A stretch of 61,968 nucleotides of DNA, the filler included, from Candidatus Desantisbacteria bacterium CG1_02_49_89 (GTDB taxonomy: Bacteria > Desantisbacteria > UBA1551), in the NCBI GenBank assembly GCA_001871075.1. It is 6 parts of 6 records of this genome, joined end to end, with 100 filler letters (N's around TTAATTAATTAA, not from the genome) between each part and the next. Parts side by side here need not be neighbours in the genome. Positions count along the whole stretch, not along the records: positions 56,785 to 61,968 come from MNUP01000103.1; 5 more parts are not named here. The stretch is one strand, 5' to 3'. Below are positions 59,181 to 61,968 of the stretch, piece by piece (the first letter of the stretch is position 1; each line of letters starts with the position of its first letter). The position numbers were made by a program, and so were the translations under genes. Under the pieces are notes generated by a model. That model was not told the DNA's origin. It was given only the letters and a program-made list of their open reading frames with translations, and did not search any database.

Positions 59181-59348
59181 AATTATGAGTTATGGAATTC
59201 GAAAGCATTCAGTAAAACTATCGAGAATGTTGCCCGAAGGGCAAAGTTATGAATCAGGGCTAAAGCCCTGAGTTACCCCGAAGGGGTCCCTTTGGGACAA
59301 TTAAATCCTTGTTTTTGATTCATAACTAATAACTCATAATTCATAATT
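59181..59348. repeat. Composite dispersed element, copy 2
   Basis: Matches 9044-9243. Confidence 0.9.
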
Positions 59349-59352
59349 CTAT

Positions 59353-60495
59353 TTATTCTTCAAGTGTGCGTATAAGGCCACGCAGCTTATCTGCCTCTTC
59401 CCTTGCTTTTTCTTCGGGCTGCAAAGTGTAAAAAAGGACCATTCTGGGAATGATCCTTTCCGCAACAGGGCAAAGCCCGTCAGGATATTCAATTTTATCC
59501 CTGTGATCCCCGCAAAGGAACGCGTGGGCAAGCCTTTCTTTTATGACGGGATGTTTATACGCGGGCATCCGGGTATATCCAATATTCAACGACCAGAACC
59601 CGGCTTCTTTCGCGGCTTCTCTGAACCTGTCAAGGCTTATTCCAAATTCTTCGCCCTCAAATGTCGCAGCCCAGTAATGATATGTGGAAACCGCGCCGGA
59701 AGCGATCTGGGGTCTCAGCCATTTGCAGCCCCTGACTGCTTCATCATAATATTTCGCGTTCTTTTTTAAGCCTTCTATAAGGTCAGGCAGTCTTTCCAGC
59801 TGGGCGATTCCTACAGCGGAAGTCAGCTCGTTCATCCTGAAATTGTAGTGCAGGCCGTGACCGATCGAGTGAAAAGTCGGAGCGCCTGCGTTCAGGTCCA
59901 GCTGCTTTGCGAATTCTTCGCTGTTCGTTGTTGCGATCCCGCCGTCGCCCAGGGACATCTGCTTGCTCGCCTGGAAACTGAAAGAACCGATATCGCCCCA
60001 GGCTCCGGCATACCTGTCTTTATAGGAAGCAAGTATTGCATGCGCGCAGTCTTCGATAACAAGAATGCTGTGCCTGTGCGCTATTTCGACAATGTGGTCC
60101 ATCTGCGCTGGAAAACCCCACGGATGTGTTACTATAACCGCCTTTGTCCTTTCAGTTATTGCTTCTTCCAGCTTGCCGGGGTCCATCGCGTAGCTGGCAG
60201 GATCTATGTCCGCGAACTTCGGGATGGCGTTATTGTAAAGCGCTGCCATTGCCCCGAATATGAAAACAGGGTCGCAGATAACCTCGTCCCCGGCGCCCGC
60301 GACCGCGCAGATCACGCTTGAATGCAGAACGCTCATAGCTGAGTTCATCGCCACCGCGTATCTTGTCCCAGTCATTTTCGCGAATTTTTCCTCAAACTCA
60401 GGAGTGAACTTCCCTCCCAGAGCGCCCAGGTTCCCGGACATAAGAACCTGTTCCAGCAATTCCAGTTCCCTTTTTCCATAAATTCTTTCAGGCAT
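59353..60495 (-). CDS. DegT/DnrJ/EryC1/StrS-family PLP aminotransferase
   Basis: VIEDCAHA, FSFQASKQMSLGDGG, NFRMNEL, LCPVAE. Confidence 0.92.
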   Translation of the reverse strand: MPERIYGKRELELLEQVLMSGNLGALGGKFTPEFEEKFAKMTGTRYAVAMNSAMSVLHSSVICAVAGAGDEVICDPVFIFGAMAALYNNAIPKFADIDPASYAMDPGKLEEAITERTKAVIVTHPWGFPAQMDHIVEIAHRHSILVIEDCAHAILASYKDRYAGAWGDIGSFSFQASKQMSLGDGGIATTNSEEFAKQLDLNAGAPTFHSIGHGLHYNFRMNELTSAVGIAQLERLPDLIEGLKKNAKYYDEAVRGCKWLRPQIASGAVSTYHYWAATFEGEEFGISLDRFREAAKEAGFWSLNIGYTRMPAYKHPVIKERLAHAFLCGDHRDKIEYPDGLCPVAERIIPRMVLFYTLQPEEKAREEADKLRGLIRTLEE

Positions 60496-60693
60496 ATTTT
60501 CTCCTAAATTTTCCTGCGCATAAAAAATCCCCCTTTATCCCCCTCCCGATACATTCGTATACGGGATCCCGTATATATGAAACCGGGATTTTTAAAGGGG
60601 GATCGAGAGGGATTTGTGTTTTGCGATGCACGATGCATCCGCCCATTTAAAAATGGGCGAGACCTCGCCCCGATGGCCATCGGGGCGGGCGAG

Positions 60694-61638
60694 TTAGAAC
60701 TTCGCCCCGACTGTTATCCTGATGGGATTGCCCAGCTCGCCTGCCGGCGTATACGAAAAGTCCGCGCAATAATCCTGCCATTTGAAACCGCCGCCGAAAC
60801 AAAACCCCGCGAGCGGATTGATGTCCATCATCGAATCCGTCTTATACCCGGCCCTTACAGCGAACATTTTCTGTATCCATATCTCCATACCGGCGTGAAG
60901 CGCCATTTTGTTGTCAAACGGAACGATCAGGTCAGCTATTACGGAGCCTTCAAGGTTCTCCTGCGCGAGGACCTTGTAGCTTACGCCTGCCTTAAGCGCG
61001 GCCGGAAGCGGCGCCTCGGAAACGAATTTAAGCGGGGTGCCGAGGTTTTGCAGGGCTACTCCCGCGGTAAGGTTGGGCAGTTTCTCGGGATAATATATCG
61101 CGCCTATGTCAAATCCCACCGCGAGCGAACTTCCCTGGGCGTCTGCCGGGTCAAGTGTCTCGTATATGATCTTTACGGTCGCGCCGAGGCTGAGGTTCTT
61201 GAGCTGCCTCGCGTATGCCACGCCGACTGCCAGGTCGCCTGGTGAAAATGCCGCTCCGGAAACTCCGCCATCGGTCATGTAGGTCATGGACCCGTACCCA
61301 AGATATATCACGCTCGCCCCAAGCACGCTTTCCTGGGTCAGCCTTTGCCCGTAGGCGATAAAGCTCTGCGAGGTATCCAGCAGCCACATGTTATAGGTGA
61401 AGCTGGCCTCTATATTTGTGATAGAGTTCAGGCCGGCCGGGTTCCAGTAAATAGAGGTCACGTCGTCCGCCACAGCAGTGAACGCCTCTCCCATTCCCAC
61501 AGCCCTTGCTCCGGCTCCCACCTTAAGGAACGCGGCGCCTGTAGTACCGGGCCCGCCGCAGGATCCGTGTAACGTGTAAAGTGTAAGGTGTAAGGCAACC
61601 AAAGACAAAATTAAAAACCAGATAGTTTTTCTATGCAT
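60694..61638 (-). CDS. PorV/PorQ-family outer-membrane protein
   Basis: AFLKVGAGARAVGMGEAFTAVADDVTSIYWNPAGL; ends RITVGAKF. Confidence 0.88.
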   Translation of the reverse strand: MHRKTIWFLILSLVALHLTLYTLHGSCGGPGTTGAAFLKVGAGARAVGMGEAFTAVADDVTSIYWNPAGLNSITNIEASFTYNMWLLDTSQSFIAYGQRLTQESVLGASVIYLGYGSMTYMTDGGVSGAAFSPGDLAVGVAYARQLKNLSLGATVKIIYETLDPADAQGSSLAVGFDIGAIYYPEKLPNLTAGVALQNLGTPLKFVSEAPLPAALKAGVSYKVLAQENLEGSVIADLIVPFDNKMALHAGMEIWIQKMFAVRAGYKTDSMMDINPLAGFCFGGGFKWQDYCADFSYTPAGELGNPIRITVGAKF

Positions 61639-61701
61639 GTTTTCCTCCCGTTATCAATTATTTCTATTGGGTATATAAATGCAGCTTACAAGCTGACAAG
61701 C

Positions 61702-61845
61702 TTACTAATACAAACGCATAAAATAACCTGATAGTGTCATTGCGAACGAACGAAGTGAGTGTGGCAATCTCGTCGTTAAAACCGAGATTGCTTCGTCGTT
61801 TCACTCCTCGCAACAACAAATTACTTAATGCGTTTGTATTAGTAA
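61702..61845. mobile_element. MITE-like element with 18-bp perfect inverted ends
   Basis: TTACTAATACAAACGCAT...ATGCGTTTGTATTAGTAA enclosing the GTCATTGCG/GAGATTGC core. Confidence 0.7.
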
Positions 61846-61887
61846 ATACGTGACTTGTGAGCTTGTTAACTATTTCCTGCCCGCGCG

Positions 61888-61968
61888 TTATCTTATTAAA
61901 ACAAACTTGCCTGTTGCAGGCTTGTTCCCGGTGGTGTTGGTGACAACGTAGAAGTACACGCCGCTTGC
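61888..61968 (-). CDS. 3' end of a protein with a T9SS type A/FlgD-Ig-like C-terminal tail
   Basis: Hand translation ASGVYFYVVTNTTGNKPATGKFVLIR*. Confidence 0.75.
   Translation of the reverse strand, partial: ASGVYFYVVTNTTGNKPATGKFVLIR

Noticed and set aside
1-61968. Prophage, integron or intact transposase
   Set aside because: No integrase, structural phage gene or complete transposase recognised

Overview
Bacterial draft or metagenome-assembled sequence made of six contigs joined by artificial N...TTAATTAATTAA...N linkers (about 7881-7980, 26337-26436, 44749-44848, 51099-51198, 56685-56784), so gene neighbourhoods across those points mean nothing. The organism looks like a diderm, probably anaerobic bacterium (outer-membrane barrels, PorV-like genes, hypE); its taxonomy cannot be fixed from this window. 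Housekeeping genes: smc, purD/purN/purM, alaS-recX-recA-thpR-rarA, 6S RNA, zapA, pheST, rplT-rpmI-infC (ATT start), tRNA-Ile2(CAT), rpoD-dnaG-tmk, rfbB, hypE, a CCA-adding enzyme and mraZ. Accessory genes: three type II toxin-antitoxin pairs plus an orphan antitoxin-like gene; an ECF sigma/anti-sigma/Spy-like/FecR-repeat cluster; a DegP-family protease; a GH4 glycosidase; two PorV/PorQ-like genes; a T9SS-type C-terminal tail; and a >1770-aa repetitive surface protein. Most striking: (1) many intergenic gaps hold non-coding elements with inverted arms of 6-10-bp tandem repeats around nested hairpins, and pieces of them sit in frame inside proteins (CCA enzyme, PurN, probably SMC, two signal peptides, RecA and Tmk tails); (2) a riboswitch-like leader with a terminator/antiterminator switch upstream of the giant surface protein; (3) two diverged, covarying copies of a pseudoknot-capable motif after mraZ. 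All calls come from reading the sequence; no searches or folding programs were run.
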